A DNA stretch of 63,891 nt, filler included, from Octopus bimaculoides (taxonomy: Eukaryota): assembly GCF_001194135.2 (NCBI RefSeq). It is 4 parts of 3 records of this genome, joined end to end, with 100 filler letters (N's around TTAATTAATTAA, not from the genome) between each part and the next. Parts side by side here need not be neighbours in the genome. Positions count along the whole stretch, not along the records: positions 25,603 to 53,248 come from NC_069004.1; positions 53,349 to 62,564 come from NC_068995.1; 2 more parts are not named here. The stretch is one strand, 5' to 3'. The notes beneath the pieces are model-generated. The model saw nothing but the letters and a program-made list of their open reading frames with translations, was not told where the DNA came from and did not search any database. Position numbers and translations under genes: made by a program. This document shows, one piece after another, positions 49,287-60,830 of the stretch (its first letter is position 1; each line of letters opens with the position of its first letter).

Positions 49287-49490
49287 TCTTTTCTACTCTA
49301 GGCACAAGGCCTGAAATTTTGGGGGAGCGGGGCAGTCGATTGGATCGCCCCCAGTACACAACTGGTACTTAATTTATCAACTCTGAAAGGATGAAAGGCA
49401 AAGTCGACCTCGGCAGGATTTGAACTCAGAACATAAAGACATGAAATATCGCTAAGCATTTCACCCAGCTTGCTAACGTTTCTGCCAGTT
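49287..49490 (-). mobile_element. SINE family A copy
   Basis: Reverse complement of the family A head and body (GAAAGGATGAAAGGCAAAGTCGACCTCGGC). Confidence 0.9.
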
Positions 49491-50409
49491 TTTATGTATA
49501 TAAAAGGCCCAGGGGTTGTTTGCTCAATAAGTCTTCACAACCACGTGTCCGCTGGTTCAGTCCCACTGCAGGACACTATTGAGGATTTTATATAATGTGG
49601 TTGGTGTTAGGAAGGACATCCAGCCATAGAAACCATGCCAAAACAGACAATTAGAGCCTGGGCAGTTCTTCAGCTGACCAGCTCCTGTCAAACCATCCAA
49701 CTCATGCCAACATGGAAAATGGACATTAAATGATGATGATAATGGTGGATCTCCTCATGTTCATTAATGCCTTGGAAATGAAGTTTGAGAAACAGAAACG
49801 GTATTGGAGCTAGCTCGTGTGTATGTGTGTGTGTGTGTGTGTGCATACATATGTGTATATGTGTGTCTAATAAATATATATATATAATATANNNNNNNNN
49901 NNNNNNNNNNNNNNNNNNNNNNNNNNNNNNNNNNNNNNNNNNNNNNNNNNNNNNNNNNNNNNNNNNNNNNNNNNNNNNNNNNNNNNNNNNNNNNNNNNNN
50001 NNNNNNNNNNNNNNNNNNNNNNNNNNNNNNNNNNNNNNNNNNNNNNNNNNNNNNNNNNNNNNNNNNNNNNNNNNNNNNNNNNNNNNNNNNNNNNNNNNNN
50101 NNNNNNNNNNNNNNNNNNNNNNNNNNNNNNNNNNNNNNNNNNNNNNNNNNNNNNNNNNNNNNNNNNNNNNNNNNNNNNNNNNNNNNNNNNNNNNNNNNNN
50201 NNNNNNNNNNNNNNNNNNNNNNNNNNNNNNNNNNNNNNNNNNNNNNNNNNNNNNNNNNNNNNNNNNNNNNNNNNNNNNNNNNNNNNNNNNNNNNNNNNNN
50301 NNNNNNNNNNNNNNNNNNNNNNNNNNNNNNNNNNNNNNNNNNNNNNNNNNNNNNNNNNNNNNNNNNNNNNNNNNNNNNNNNNNNNNNNNNNNNNNNNNNN
50401 NNNNNNNNT

Positions 50410-51100
50410 AGGGGGCTAGGGAAAAAATACAAACCGCATTCCAATCTATGCACCCGTCTCCACATGTGTGCCATTTTTCATGCAAATCCACCCAGCCATT
50501 TGGCTGTGAACCGCAAGACAAAAATGAATATGACGATCGCCCATGTCCAATTTATATTATAGACTAGCAGCTAAGCCTGGTTTCGCCTGGTCTGTTTGGA
50601 TGATGTGGCCGTGATCGTTTTCGGTTAGGCATAATCTATAACAGCGTTTCTCAACCTTATCATTTCAGGTCCCCTGTTTCGATTGGAGCCTCCAGCTGTA
50701 TGAAAATTTCCTGATTCACCCCATCCCTTGTCAGAAAACAGCTTCAGGAGTTGTGAAGAACGAATTTGTATGTAGTTTGTTTCTGACAGCTATTCTATTG
50801 GACCACTGTCTAATCATTAAAACATTGATTTAATTATGAACATAGAAAGAAATTATACATTAATCCCTATTTTTGTAAGCATTTGTATCTGGAAAAATTT
50901 TATTTACAGAGAGCAAAAATTGAAAGAAGATATATGAAATAGATGTGTGTGTGTGCGCGCGCATTTGTGCTTGCACATGTGTGTATGTTTACGATAGTTG
51001 ATTTATGGAACAGATTATGTTAAATTTTTGAAATGCAAATATGTGAATGAAAATTAAGTTCAGCCAAATCTCTCTCAAAACACCCTACTGATAGGTAAGG

Positions 51101-51150
<50 letters not shown>
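50410..51150 (+). mobile_element. Possible Helitron/Helentron-associated non-autonomous repeat, end of one unit followed by the start of another
   Basis: TTTCATGCAAATCCACCCAGCCATTTGG...TTTATATTATAG then ACTAGCAG..AGCCTGGTTTCGCCTGG; ends near (GATA)n. Resemblance from memory only. Confidence 0.35.
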
Positions 51151-51349
51151 GCAACATTTGTTTTTGCAATTTCTGTATTTTCAACTACATAAATGCATGC
51201 ATACATACATATATATATCATCATCATCATTTAATGTCTATTGTCCATGCTGGCATGGGTTGGACAGTTTGACCAGAGCTGGCAAACTGAAAGGCTACTC
51301 CAGACTCCAGTCTGATTTGGCATGGTTTCTATGGCTGGATACCCTTCCT

Positions 51350-51495
51350 ATATACACAATAGGCTTCTTTCAGTTTTCATCTACCAAATCTACTCACAAG
51401 GTTGTAGTAGAAAACACTTGCCCATACAGTAGGGTCTGAACCCAGAACATGCGGCTGAGAAGCAAGCTTCTTACCACATTACTACACCTGCCCCT
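51350..51495 (-). mobile_element. Family B SINE 5' half
   Basis: GGCTTCTTTCAGTTTTCATCTACCAAATC...GAAGCAAGCTTCTTACCAC matches 28720-28860. Confidence 0.75.
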
Positions 51496-52024
51496 ATAAA
51501 AAAAAAAACTGTTAGGCTACAGAAAGTTTCAAACTCACAATCTTCTGCATGTGAAGCAGACATGATAACCACTATAATATATCTGCATGTGTCTCTTTTC
51601 TATTCAATGAACCCTGCTGCCCATGTAATGAAGAAAGGCACTGGATTTGTCCACATTTAACTCCCTTCCTGCCACCATGCTCATCACCTCACTTCTCTCT
51701 CTCACCTCAGTGCCTGTGTAAGAAGAGATTGTAACAGATCTGCATCTTATTGTCCCCATTTTTATTCTACTAGCTATCACTTCCCTTCCAATCAGTCACT
51801 CGTTATTGAGTGGCACATTATTGAGGGAAGGGAAATGATAGCCAGTAGTAGACCTTTAATATTGCTAGGAATCCTTTTAGTAATATTAAAGGCCTCCAGG
51901 CAAATCAATTCACTAACCCCATTACTATTTATTTAGCCACTAGAATACGTAAATCGCAACAACTGCATAGTGTTTCTATACCTGTAGTTGGCACTGCTTG
52001 AGGGTCAACTTATCCAATACCAGA

Positions 52025-53170
52025 AACTCAGCAACACAACTATCAATGCTGATACAGTGAGAAGTGGACCTGGTGAGATTATAAAAATGCTGGGGTAGAA
52101 GTGTACTGCATGCAAGAGGTCAGATGAGGATGGAATCTCAGCCAGAGTCCTCACAGACAAAGATTACAAAGTCATCTGGGTAGGTAACAATGTTGGTTTA
52201 GGTGAAGTAGGTGTAGTAATGGAGAAGAAAGGAACAGATGAAGTAATCCAGAATGTGTGACAGAATAATTAAACGTAGGTTAATTGAAAATAGTGGAGGC
52301 GCAATGGCCCAGTGGTTAGGGCAGTGGACTCGCGGTCAGAGGATCACGTTTTCGATTCCCAGACCGGGCGTTGTGTGTGTTTATTGAGAGAAAACACCTA
52401 AGCTCCATGAGGCTCCGGCAGGGGATGGTGGCGACCCCTGTTGTACTCTTTCGCCCCAACTTTCTCTCACTCTTTCTTCCTGTTTCTTGAGTAATGCTGC
52501 GATGTACTGGCGCCCCATCCAGCTGGAGGGAACACATACGCCATAGAAACCAGGAAACTGGGCCCATGAGCCTGGCTAGGCTTTAAAAGGGCGACGTTAC
52601 CGTTAATTGAAAATAAAGCAATAGCAACTATAATCACTCTTTATGCAACATAATTTGGACTGATGAACAAAAGATCTGTTTTCTGAGGCCCTTCTGCAAA
52701 TCACCTTGGTCATAAATGACAGTGATATCGTTATCTCTGCTGATGACTTCAATGGATATGTTGGTCAGAATCTTAGTGGCTACTCTAGAGTATATCATGG
52801 TTGTTATGTTTCTAGGAACGAGGGGAAAAACCAAGGTTTTTCAGTTCTGTGCAGTCAATGAACTAACCTTTTGCATCACAATATCAGCTACTTGATCACC
52901 TTCAAGCATCCCAACCAGAAAGACTTGATTCTTATCAAGAAATGAGATAGGCAGATTGCCCTTCCTCAGGTGAAGAATATGTCCCTCAACAAAGGCTTCT
53001 CATTGCTGACTTCAGAATAAAATGGATTGAAGGACAAGAGACGAAGAGGACAGTATGGAAACTAAAATATCCCTCTGCAAAAAATATTTTCAGGGTTTTC
53101 TAGTTTACAGATGATAAAAAGAAGGCAATAGAGGCCATTAATGTAGAGGACAACTTGGAATTTGATGATG
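52025..53170 (+). mobile_element. RTE-clade LINE AP-endonuclease remnant, interrupted by a SINE
   Basis: CMQEVR, YKVIWVGN..GLGEVGVV, ADDFNGYVGQN, GEEYVPQQRLLIADFR; canonical APE motifs with stops and frameshifts. Confidence 0.85.
52293..52601 (+). mobile_element. Full-length tRNA-derived SINE family C with 14-bp TSD
   Basis: TGGCCCAGTGGTTAG A-box, TTCGATTCC B-box; GTTAATTGAAAATA at 52279-52292 and 52602-52615. Confidence 0.93.
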
Positions 53171-53175
53171 TTGTT

Positions 53176-53248
53176 GTTGGCACTCCGTCGCTTACGACGT
53201 CGAGGGTTCCAGTTGATCCGATCAACGGAACAGCCTGCTCGTGAAATT
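53176..53248 (-). mobile_element. Family D SINE 3' end at the scaffold edge
   Basis: TTGGCACTCCGTCGCTTACGACGTCGAGGGTTCCAGTTGATCCG matches 25619 and 54618. Confidence 0.88.
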
Positions 53249-53348
53249 NNNNNNNNNNNNNNNNNNNNNNNNNNNNNNNNNNNNNNNNNNNNTTAATTAA
53301 TTAANNNNNNNNNNNNNNNNNNNNNNNNNNNNNNNNNNNNNNNNNNNN
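53249..53348. other. Assembly join: 44 N + TTAATTAATTAA + 44 N
   Basis: Same construct as 25503-25602. Confidence 0.95.
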
Positions 53349-53830
53349 GGTGGTGGTGGTGGTGGTGGTGGTGGTGATGGTGGTGGTGATGGTGGTGTAA
53401 TAGCGATGATGTGATATTGAGGTGGCTTTGATGGTTAGATTTGTAGTAGATTTCATACCGATGAAGGTGGCGGCGGCGGTGGCTGTGGTGGTGCTGCTGC
53501 TGCTCTGGTGGTAGTGGTGATGGCTGTGGTGTTGGTTGTTGTTATTGTTTTGTTGTCGGTGATGGAGTAGCAATGGGAGTGTTGTTCGTGGTGGTATAGG
53601 TGATAGTACTAACAGTGGTGATGATGATAATGGCCGTCATTATTATAGTAATAATAGGGCTGATGGCGGTGGCGTTAGCGTGGGAAGAGTGCGTAGTGGT
53701 ATTTGTGGTGATGGCTGTGATGGATGTGTCCGTGGCGGTGGCGTGTGTGTGGTGATGCTGAAGCACGGGTTAATGATGAAAGTTATAGTAGCGGCGTTGA
53801 TACCGTTGGTGGTGGCCACGGGGTGATCAA
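53349..53830. repeat. (GGT)n-derived low-complexity tract
   Basis: Direct reading; gives poly-T and poly-H ORFs. Confidence 0.85.
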
Positions 53831-53904
53831 CCTGTGCTGATTCGAACTCCATAGAGTGTGAAACAGTTGAAATTAAATCAATGGTCTAACGAAGTCACAG
53901 GCGT

Positions 53905-54190
53905 AGGCGTAGCTACGTGGTAAGAACTTTGATTACCAACCACATGCTTCTGGGTTCAATTGCACCCTGGTCAAGTGTTTTCTACTCTGGCGGTGAGCTG
54001 GCAGAAACGTTAGCATGCCAGGTGAAATGCTTAGCTGTCTTTACGTTCTGAGTACAAATTCCGCCGAGGTCGAGACTTTGCCTTTCATCATTTCGGGATC
54101 GATAAATTAAGTACCGGTTGCGTACGGGGTCGATCTAATCGACTGGCCCCCTTCCCAAAAATTTCGGGCCTTGTGCCTAGAGTAGAAAAG
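53905..54190 (+). mobile_element. Family B head fragment (53905-53988) followed by a SINE family A copy (53989-54190)
   Basis: GTGGTAAG...ACCAACCACATG..TCTGGGTTCA then GGCGGTGAGCTGGCAGAAACG with the full family A body. Confidence 0.85.
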
Positions 54191-54229
54191 GTTAANNNNN
54201 NNNNNTCCAACTGGTTGTCATACATGCAA

Positions 54230-54475
54230 GAAAGTACCCAAAAGAAACCGGAATTTAGCAATATTATTTTATTCACTTAGTTTTACATGTTTACGCTTTT
54301 ATTGCCTTCGAAGTATTTTCCATTTGAAGCAATGGATCGGTCCAGACGCGTTTTCCACTGTTCCAAGCAGGGCTGGAACTCTTGCAAAGTGATGCCCTTT
54401 AACCCCTCCGTCGTTTTTTGTTTTTTTTCTTCACCTCTTCCACATCTGCAAATTCGTACTTCTGCATCTCGTAGG
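54230..54475 (-). mobile_element. mariner transposase C-terminal fragment with 3' end
   Basis: FADVEEVKKK / TTEGLKGITLQEFQPCLEQWKTRLDRSIASNGKYFEG; W..R...I...G.YFE is the mariner C-terminal signature; frameshift in an A-run. Confidence 0.88.
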
Positions 54476-54617
54476 TGAATAAAAAAGACAGGATGGCCAC
54501 GGTTGGAACAACTAGATCATGGCATGCTGAGGACAGCATTGTCGTCAATAGTGTAAACAGTGGCAACAACGACGATGATATTAGCAACGATAACAGCAAC
54601 ACCTACACAAGAAACAG

Positions 54618-54942
54618 TGGCACTCCGTCGGTTACGACGACGAGGGTTCCAGTTGATCCGATCGGCGGAACAGCCTGCTTGTGAAATTAACGTGCAAGTG
54701 GCAGAGTATTCCACAAACACGTGTAACCCTTAACGTAGTTCTCAGGGATATTCAGCGTCACACAGAATCTGACAAGGCTGGTCCCTTTTGAATTACAGGT
54801 ACAACTCATTTTTGTCAGCTGTGTGAACTGGAGCAGCGCGAAACAAAGTGTCTTTGCTCAAGGACACAACGCGCAGCCTGGTATCGAACTCACGATGATA
54901 CGATCGTGATCCGAACACTCTAAGCGCTAACGCACTGAGCAG
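54618..54942 (-). mobile_element. tRNA-derived SINE family D with a V/Meta-domain-like centre
   Basis: Minus strand GCTCAGTGCGTTAG...GAGTTCGATACC...TTGTGTCCTTGAGCAAAGACACTT, then the tail shared with 25617-25798. Confidence 0.88.
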
Positions 54943-56019
54943 CAAGAAGAAGAAGAAGANNNNNNNNNNNNNNNNNNNNNNNNNNNNNNNNNNNNNNNNN
55001 NNNNNNNNNNNNNNNNNNNNNNNNNNNNNNNNNNNNNNNNNNNNNNNNNNNNNNNNNNNNNNNNNNNNNNNNNNNNNNNNNNNNNNNNNNNNNNNNNNNN
55101 NNNNNNNNNNNNNNNNNNNNNNNNNNNNNNNNNNNNNNNNNNNNNNNNNNNNNNNNNNNNNNNNNNNNNNNNNNNNNNNNNNNNNNNNNNNNNNNNNNNN
55201 NNNNNNNNNNNNNNNNNNNNNNNNNNNNNNNNNNNNNNNNNNNNNNNNNNNNNNNNNNNNNNNNNNNNNNNNNNNNNNNNNNNNNNNNNNNNNNNNNNNN
55301 NNNNNNNNNNNNNNNNNNNNNNNNNNNNNNNNNNNNNNNNNNNNNNNNNNNNNNNNNNNNNNNNNNNNNNNNNNNNNNNNNNNNNNNNNNNNNNNNNNNN
55401 NNNNNNNNNNNNNNNNNNNNNNNNNNNNNNNNNNNNNNNNNNNNNNNNNNNNNNNNNNNNNNNNNNNNNNNNNNNNNNNNNNNNNNNNNNNNNNNNNNNN
55501 NNNNNNNNNNNNNNNNNNNNNNNNNNNNNNNNNNNNNNNNNNNNNNNNNNNNNNNNNNNNNNNNNNNNNNNNNNNNNNNNNNNNNNNNNNNNNNNNNNNN
55601 NNNNNNNNNNNNNNNNNNNNNNNNNNNNNNNNNNNNNNNNNNNNNNNNNNNNNNNNNNNNNNNNNNNNNNNNNNNNNNNNNNNNNNNNNNNNNNNNNNNN
55701 NNNNNNNNNNNNNNNNNNNNNNNNNNNNNNNNNNNNNNNNNNNNNNNNNNNNNNNNNNNNNNNNNNNNNNNNNNNNNNNNNNNNNNNNNNNNNNNNNNNN
55801 NNNNNNNNNNNNNNNNNNNNNNNNNNNNNNNNNNNNNNNNNNNNNNNNNNNNNNNNNNNNNNNNNNNNNNNNNNNNNNNNNNNNNNNNNNNNNNNNNNNN
55901 NNNNNNNNNNNNNTCAGACATAACAAAACGTCTTCGTTCACTGGAAACATTTGGTCTACGTCGAGCTGTGATAACCTTTGCTGACTTTTATATCACTACC
56001 TCTGTCTATCAATACCTCT

Positions 56020-56437
56020 ACATCACCTCTCTCTCTCTCTCTCTCTCTCTCCCTCTCCCTTCCTCTCTCTCACTCTCTCTCTCTCCCTCTATCTATCTCT
56101 ATCTCTGTCTCTTGGTCTCTCGGTCTCTCTTTCTCATTGTCTCTATCTCATCCAAATACGAACCTTTTCTCTGTAACTTCCTCTCAGTTAAACTCTCTGT
56201 CTTTCACGTTCCTTTCGCTAATGCATACACACACTCACTCACTCACACAATCACTCACACAATCACACACACACACACACACATACACACACGCATGCAT
56301 GCGTGCACACAGAAACACATGCATATACGCGCATACATGCAGACATGCATGTATCAATATATTAATGTGTGCATATTTATATACATACATATATATATAT
56401 GTACATATATATATGTACGTATATATATATATATATA

Positions 56438-56502
<65 letters not shown>

Positions 56503-56660
56503 TTATGTATATATAAACGTACATACATTTATATGTGTGTGTACATCTATATATATGTATATGTGTATATATGTATATACGTGTGCGTGTGAGAGAGACA
56601 GTGAGTGAGTGAGTGAGTGAGTGTATATGTATGTATGTATGTATGTATTCATGCATGTTT
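56020..56660. repeat. Compound (CT)n, (CA)n, (TA)n, (GAGT)n microsatellite block
   Basis: Direct reading. Confidence 0.95.
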
Positions 56661-56829
56661 GTACGTATATTTGTATATATGTACGTATATGCCACATTTG
56701 AATCCAAAGCTCTTTAAAGAAGAATTTACCATTTAGCATCATTACGAAATTCCACGAAAAAAAAAATCCATGAATCATCGAACAAGACAAAACATCTTTA
56801 TGGCATAGACAGATACACTTATAACAGAC

Positions 56830-57800
56830 ACTTAGCCAATAACATAATTTGTATTTACCAAAGCTTTGGCACCAACATATACAAATCCAGAAGCCTAGAA
56901 ACTAATGAAGTCAACACTGCCCTCGATAAAGACGACAGAGTAGCATATATAGTTTCTTACCCACCATGCATTGCTCTTAAAAGACAGAGATTGATGTTGG
57001 TTTCTTTAGTAACCCCTAAATGCAGGTTAATTAACTCGTCTAAAACTGAACTAAACATAATTAGGAAGCATAATCTAGATTCAATAGTATTTAGATTAAT
57101 AAATGGAATTTCTCTTCCATTATGGAACAATTGTGTCTCAGAATGTAGTATTAGCGGCAAACAGCAAAGTAAATTTACTCAGTTTGATATTATAGAATAT
57201 TATCCTTCCATAACTGAAACCCTTTATCTCAAAGCCTTGGATTTTGACAACAGGATCATGCAATTTAGTGAATTCTATGCGAACATAGAAATCTTTTATT
57301 GTTTTCTCGGTAACACATCCTGAGTAAGAAAGAAAATACAATGATAAATTTGTTTGACGCTTACGTCGGTCATACAATATGACTGAATAACACAATATTA
57401 TAGGAATGTATATTTTGATCCAATCGCATAAAATATTTTCAACGTTCTGATGTGAGAGAGAGACAGCGGCTTATACAGGGACGACGACCTGTATGTATCA
57501 CACAAGGTCATTATTCATAAATTAGTTAGATATAGCATTAGATCTCATAAAATTATTAAGTGGTTAATGAATTACAGTTGAATTTAATCTAAGCACAGCT
57601 AATTTTTTTAGATACAAATAAATTTGTACCTTATCAAACGACTAATGAAAGTTCATTTCATACAAATATGAAGGTGAATCACCATACAATATGATATAAA
57701 ATTTAATGTCTAGTATTAGTAAAGATATGTCATCTTTAACTTGAGATGTAACAATATTCATACGTGCTTCTCAATATCAAAATTAATCTAAAATTCGCTG
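56830..57800 (+). mobile_element. Penelope-like element reverse transcriptase remnant
   Basis: PKCRLINSSKTEL, FTQFDIIEYYPSITETLYLKALDF, GLYRDDDL (57468-57491, catalytic YxDD), ITVEFNLSTANFLD...PY...NH. Confidence 0.88.
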
Positions 57801-58877
57801 TAGTAGCTCACAGTTCAAATGCAAAAAACAATCAAATCAAATATTCTTAATTAAGGAAATAAAATGTTTTGTGGCATAATCCAATTTGCAGTCTAAACGA
57901 ACGAGTAAATATTTCCAAAGATTTCCTAAATTTAATTTATTTTCATTTCTTAATTATCGTTTGTGTGTGTGAAATATTCATAAGATAAAAAGTTTGAAAG
58001 CTCATTTAACCATTTACTGTTTCTTCGCTAAACTGTAATTGACTGCTCTAAAAAAAAAATACAAAAGCGGTCTTCAAATGCTAGGGATCTGTTATATAAT
58101 AGCAGCAAGCCAAAGATGAACCACAAGTTTTTCAATGATTCCCCCCCCCCAAATAAATTCATTCATCGAAGAACCACAGAAAATTTCTACGACCCTTTCC
58201 AAAGATATTTGGTTCTTAAAAGAAGCAGCGTTTACAATAAGAAAAAAGAACTTTTCATTGATTATGTTTTCCCATATGTAGATGACAAACCTCATTTCGT
58301 TTGAATGTTTTATGCAAACATTTTATTTCAGAATATCCGAAGCTTAAACAACAATTCGAGATGCCATGCTACTGCAGGCAAGCGACATAATTCTCATTTT
58401 CTAACTATGAGCTACAAAACAAAATAATAAGGATTATTCCCAATAGCTAAAACCACACTGGTCTTAATTTCTCTATTTCGGGAAATTCACGTTTTAAACG
58501 CATCAAAAATCTTTTTAGACGTATCGCTTATCCAGTTACATTTTATATATCACGTACTTATATATATAAACATACATTTATATTAGCTAATACCTCCCAC
58601 TATTACTCCATCCGCGTCCCCTCTTACTTTTCTAACAAACTAATGTTTATATTACGTAGATACTAAACATGAATATGTAGCCCTCATCCATCTTCAATAG
58701 AAAGCTTTTTACCACCAATTTGTATTCGTGTGGAAAAACATAAGCATTAGCCTTTTGAATGAGACAGCCCTGGTGATACCTGGACACTTTGTTGTTATTT
58801 TTTACATCTAAAACTATTAACATGGTTCGAATATTCCGAAGCATTATTTACATAGTGACCAGATTGAAACATGTGTA

Positions 58878-59055
58878 GGAGTGAGCTAGCAGAATCGTTA
58901 GCATGCCAGACAAAATGCTTAGCGGCATTTCGTCCGTCTTTACATTCTGAGTTCAAATTCCGCTGAGGCCGGCTTTGTTCTTCCATCCTTCCGGGGTCGA
59001 TGAAATAATTACCAATTAAGTAAGCATTGGGGTTGATATAATTATCTTCACTCCC
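58878..59055 (+). mobile_element. SINE family A copy
   Basis: GAGTGAGCTAGCAGAATCGTTAGC...GAGTTCAAATTCCGC...CCATCCTTCCGGGGTCGATG. Confidence 0.88.
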
Positions 59056-59099
59056 CCACTACTCAAAAAAACTTTAAACTACCATAATTTTCTTCTTTG

Positions 59100-59520
59100 T
59101 AACTCAGTTTTCTTTCGAACCCCTGAGTCTTGCATGCGTAGTAGATTTGCTACCTGCAGCCTACTGTATCATTCTATGTTCTTTTCAACCATCTAATATT
59201 TTTCTGATTATTCTGGCCGTGCCAAGGAGGCAAACCTTTTGTAATAGTTCTACTGGGCACTCTATTCCGATTTCCTTTATATTCCTCTTGATGCCTTTTG
59301 AATTTTTCCCCCAAGGATCCAACAATAATTGACACAATTCCAAGTTCATCACATGCTAATTTAATTAGCATAGATGTTATCTTGTATTTTGATGACAACA
59401 AGTCTCCTCAAATCTGCAGGTCGGCAGTGCATGTCTCAGTTCCAATATTCTTCGTTCTTTGAGGTAGCAGCTTGAGTGTCGCGCCAAGCGCACCAATTAT
59501 CGCAGGAATTTCGTTTTTAT
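59100..59520 (-). mobile_element. Two consecutive R4/Dong-type 3' remnants (59395-59520 and 59100-59390)
   Basis: EIPAIIGALGATLKLL..., and VSIIVGSLG / IKEIGIECPVELLQKVCLLGTARIIRKILDG*. Confidence 0.78.
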
Positions 59521-59937
59521 CATTGCTATCAAAAAAAGAAGAAGGAGAAGAGACTTTGCTACTATTTCTAACAGAACCGGGTACTCAGAATGGTAAAGAT
59601 ACCACCCCTCTAGTACCTATCTTATGCATCTAGGTTCACAGAAGGTGATTAACCTTACCCACTTACATTGGCCTTTAGCAGTTGAGCAGGTCGGTGGCTC
59701 GATGGCTTGAAGCCAAAATATCTCATCTTATAGAAACTCTAAACAATTATCTACAACAGCGTGGCTATCAATTTCACAGCTGTTCGCTTTGTAGTCAATG
59801 TAGAATTAGCGAAGGATATCTGCAGTGTGCGAAATTCTTTAAAGTTTGGATGGGTTGTGGCGAAGAAAGGATTGACATTTCATGGATTCTTTGATATTTA
59901 ATTTACTTTCTTGATTTGCTTGTAGTCCCCACCCCCG

Positions 59938-59984
<47 letters not shown>

Positions 59985-59989
59985 ATTTT

Positions 59990-60170
59990 TGTATCTGTCA
60001 TTGGATTGCAGCCATTCTGGGGCACCGCTTTCAAATGCTTAATTCGAGCTAATTGACTCCAATACTTAGTTTTGTTAAGCATTGTACATATGGTATCATT
60101 CTCTTTCGCTGAACCGCTAAGTTACAGGGACGTGAACAAACCAACAGAGGTTGTCAAGTGGTGGTAGAGA
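59990..60170 (-). mobile_element. Family B SINE 3' half, degenerate
   Basis: TTGCAGCCATTCTGGGGCACCGC...CCGCTAAGTTACAGGGACGTGAAC...GGTTGTCAAG. Confidence 0.75.
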
Positions 60171-60499
60171 AGAAAAACCTAACACGAAGACACACACACA
60201 CACACACATAAACACACACGCACACATACATATATATATATATATGTGTGTGTGTATATATGTATGTACGTGTATATATATATATGTATGTATGTGTGTG
60301 TGTATATATGTATGTANNNNNNNNNNATATATATATATATATTACGAACTAGTTTCCGTTTCGTATCTCATAAAATGTTAAGTAATACATTCATTGTATA
60401 GCAATATGTAGTAATATCTTTGTAGTTCGTCCACTTCCACAGACATCTATTCATGTATATATTATAGGCTCTTTCGTCGTCTTCAATATATAAAGCCAA

Positions 60500-60830
60500 A
60501 AGAGTTTTACTTTCTGCTTTTTACTCCACATTTTAGTGTTTGTGTTTCCTGTGAGACACCCCACCTCATCTGCTTCGTTATTGCAAACCAGCCAACATCC
60601 TTTACGCTCAAAACAGCAAAAGGAAGCTGCAATCTTTTGACCTTGTCTTAAATCACCTGAGTACTCAATCCTTGTGTTGATAGAGCTCTTGATGCCATTT
60701 TGACAGATTTTCTTCTTCCTACAACGGTCAGCAGCATATTCCTCAAACTCTAATGTTTTTATTCCAGTAAGCTTGATATTAGTCTTCAGTTTATCTTTAT
60801 ATCTACGAAGAGGAATTACTGCATTTCGCA
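60500..60830 (-). mobile_element. RTE-clade LINE C-terminal remnant
   Basis: PLRRYKDKLKTNIKLTGIKTLEFEEYAADR matches the RRYKD.LK..L..AGI....E..A.DR motif of RTE ORFs. Confidence 0.72.

Noticed and set aside
50445-50510. Apparent minus-strand exon (PNGWVDLHEKWHTCG) with a good acceptor
   Set aside because: Weak donor, and the sequence resembles a dispersed repeat end.
52296-52370. tRNA-like sequences with A and B boxes, here and in the other SINE heads
   Set aside because: No full cloverleaf or terminator; they continue into SINE bodies, so not called tRNA genes.
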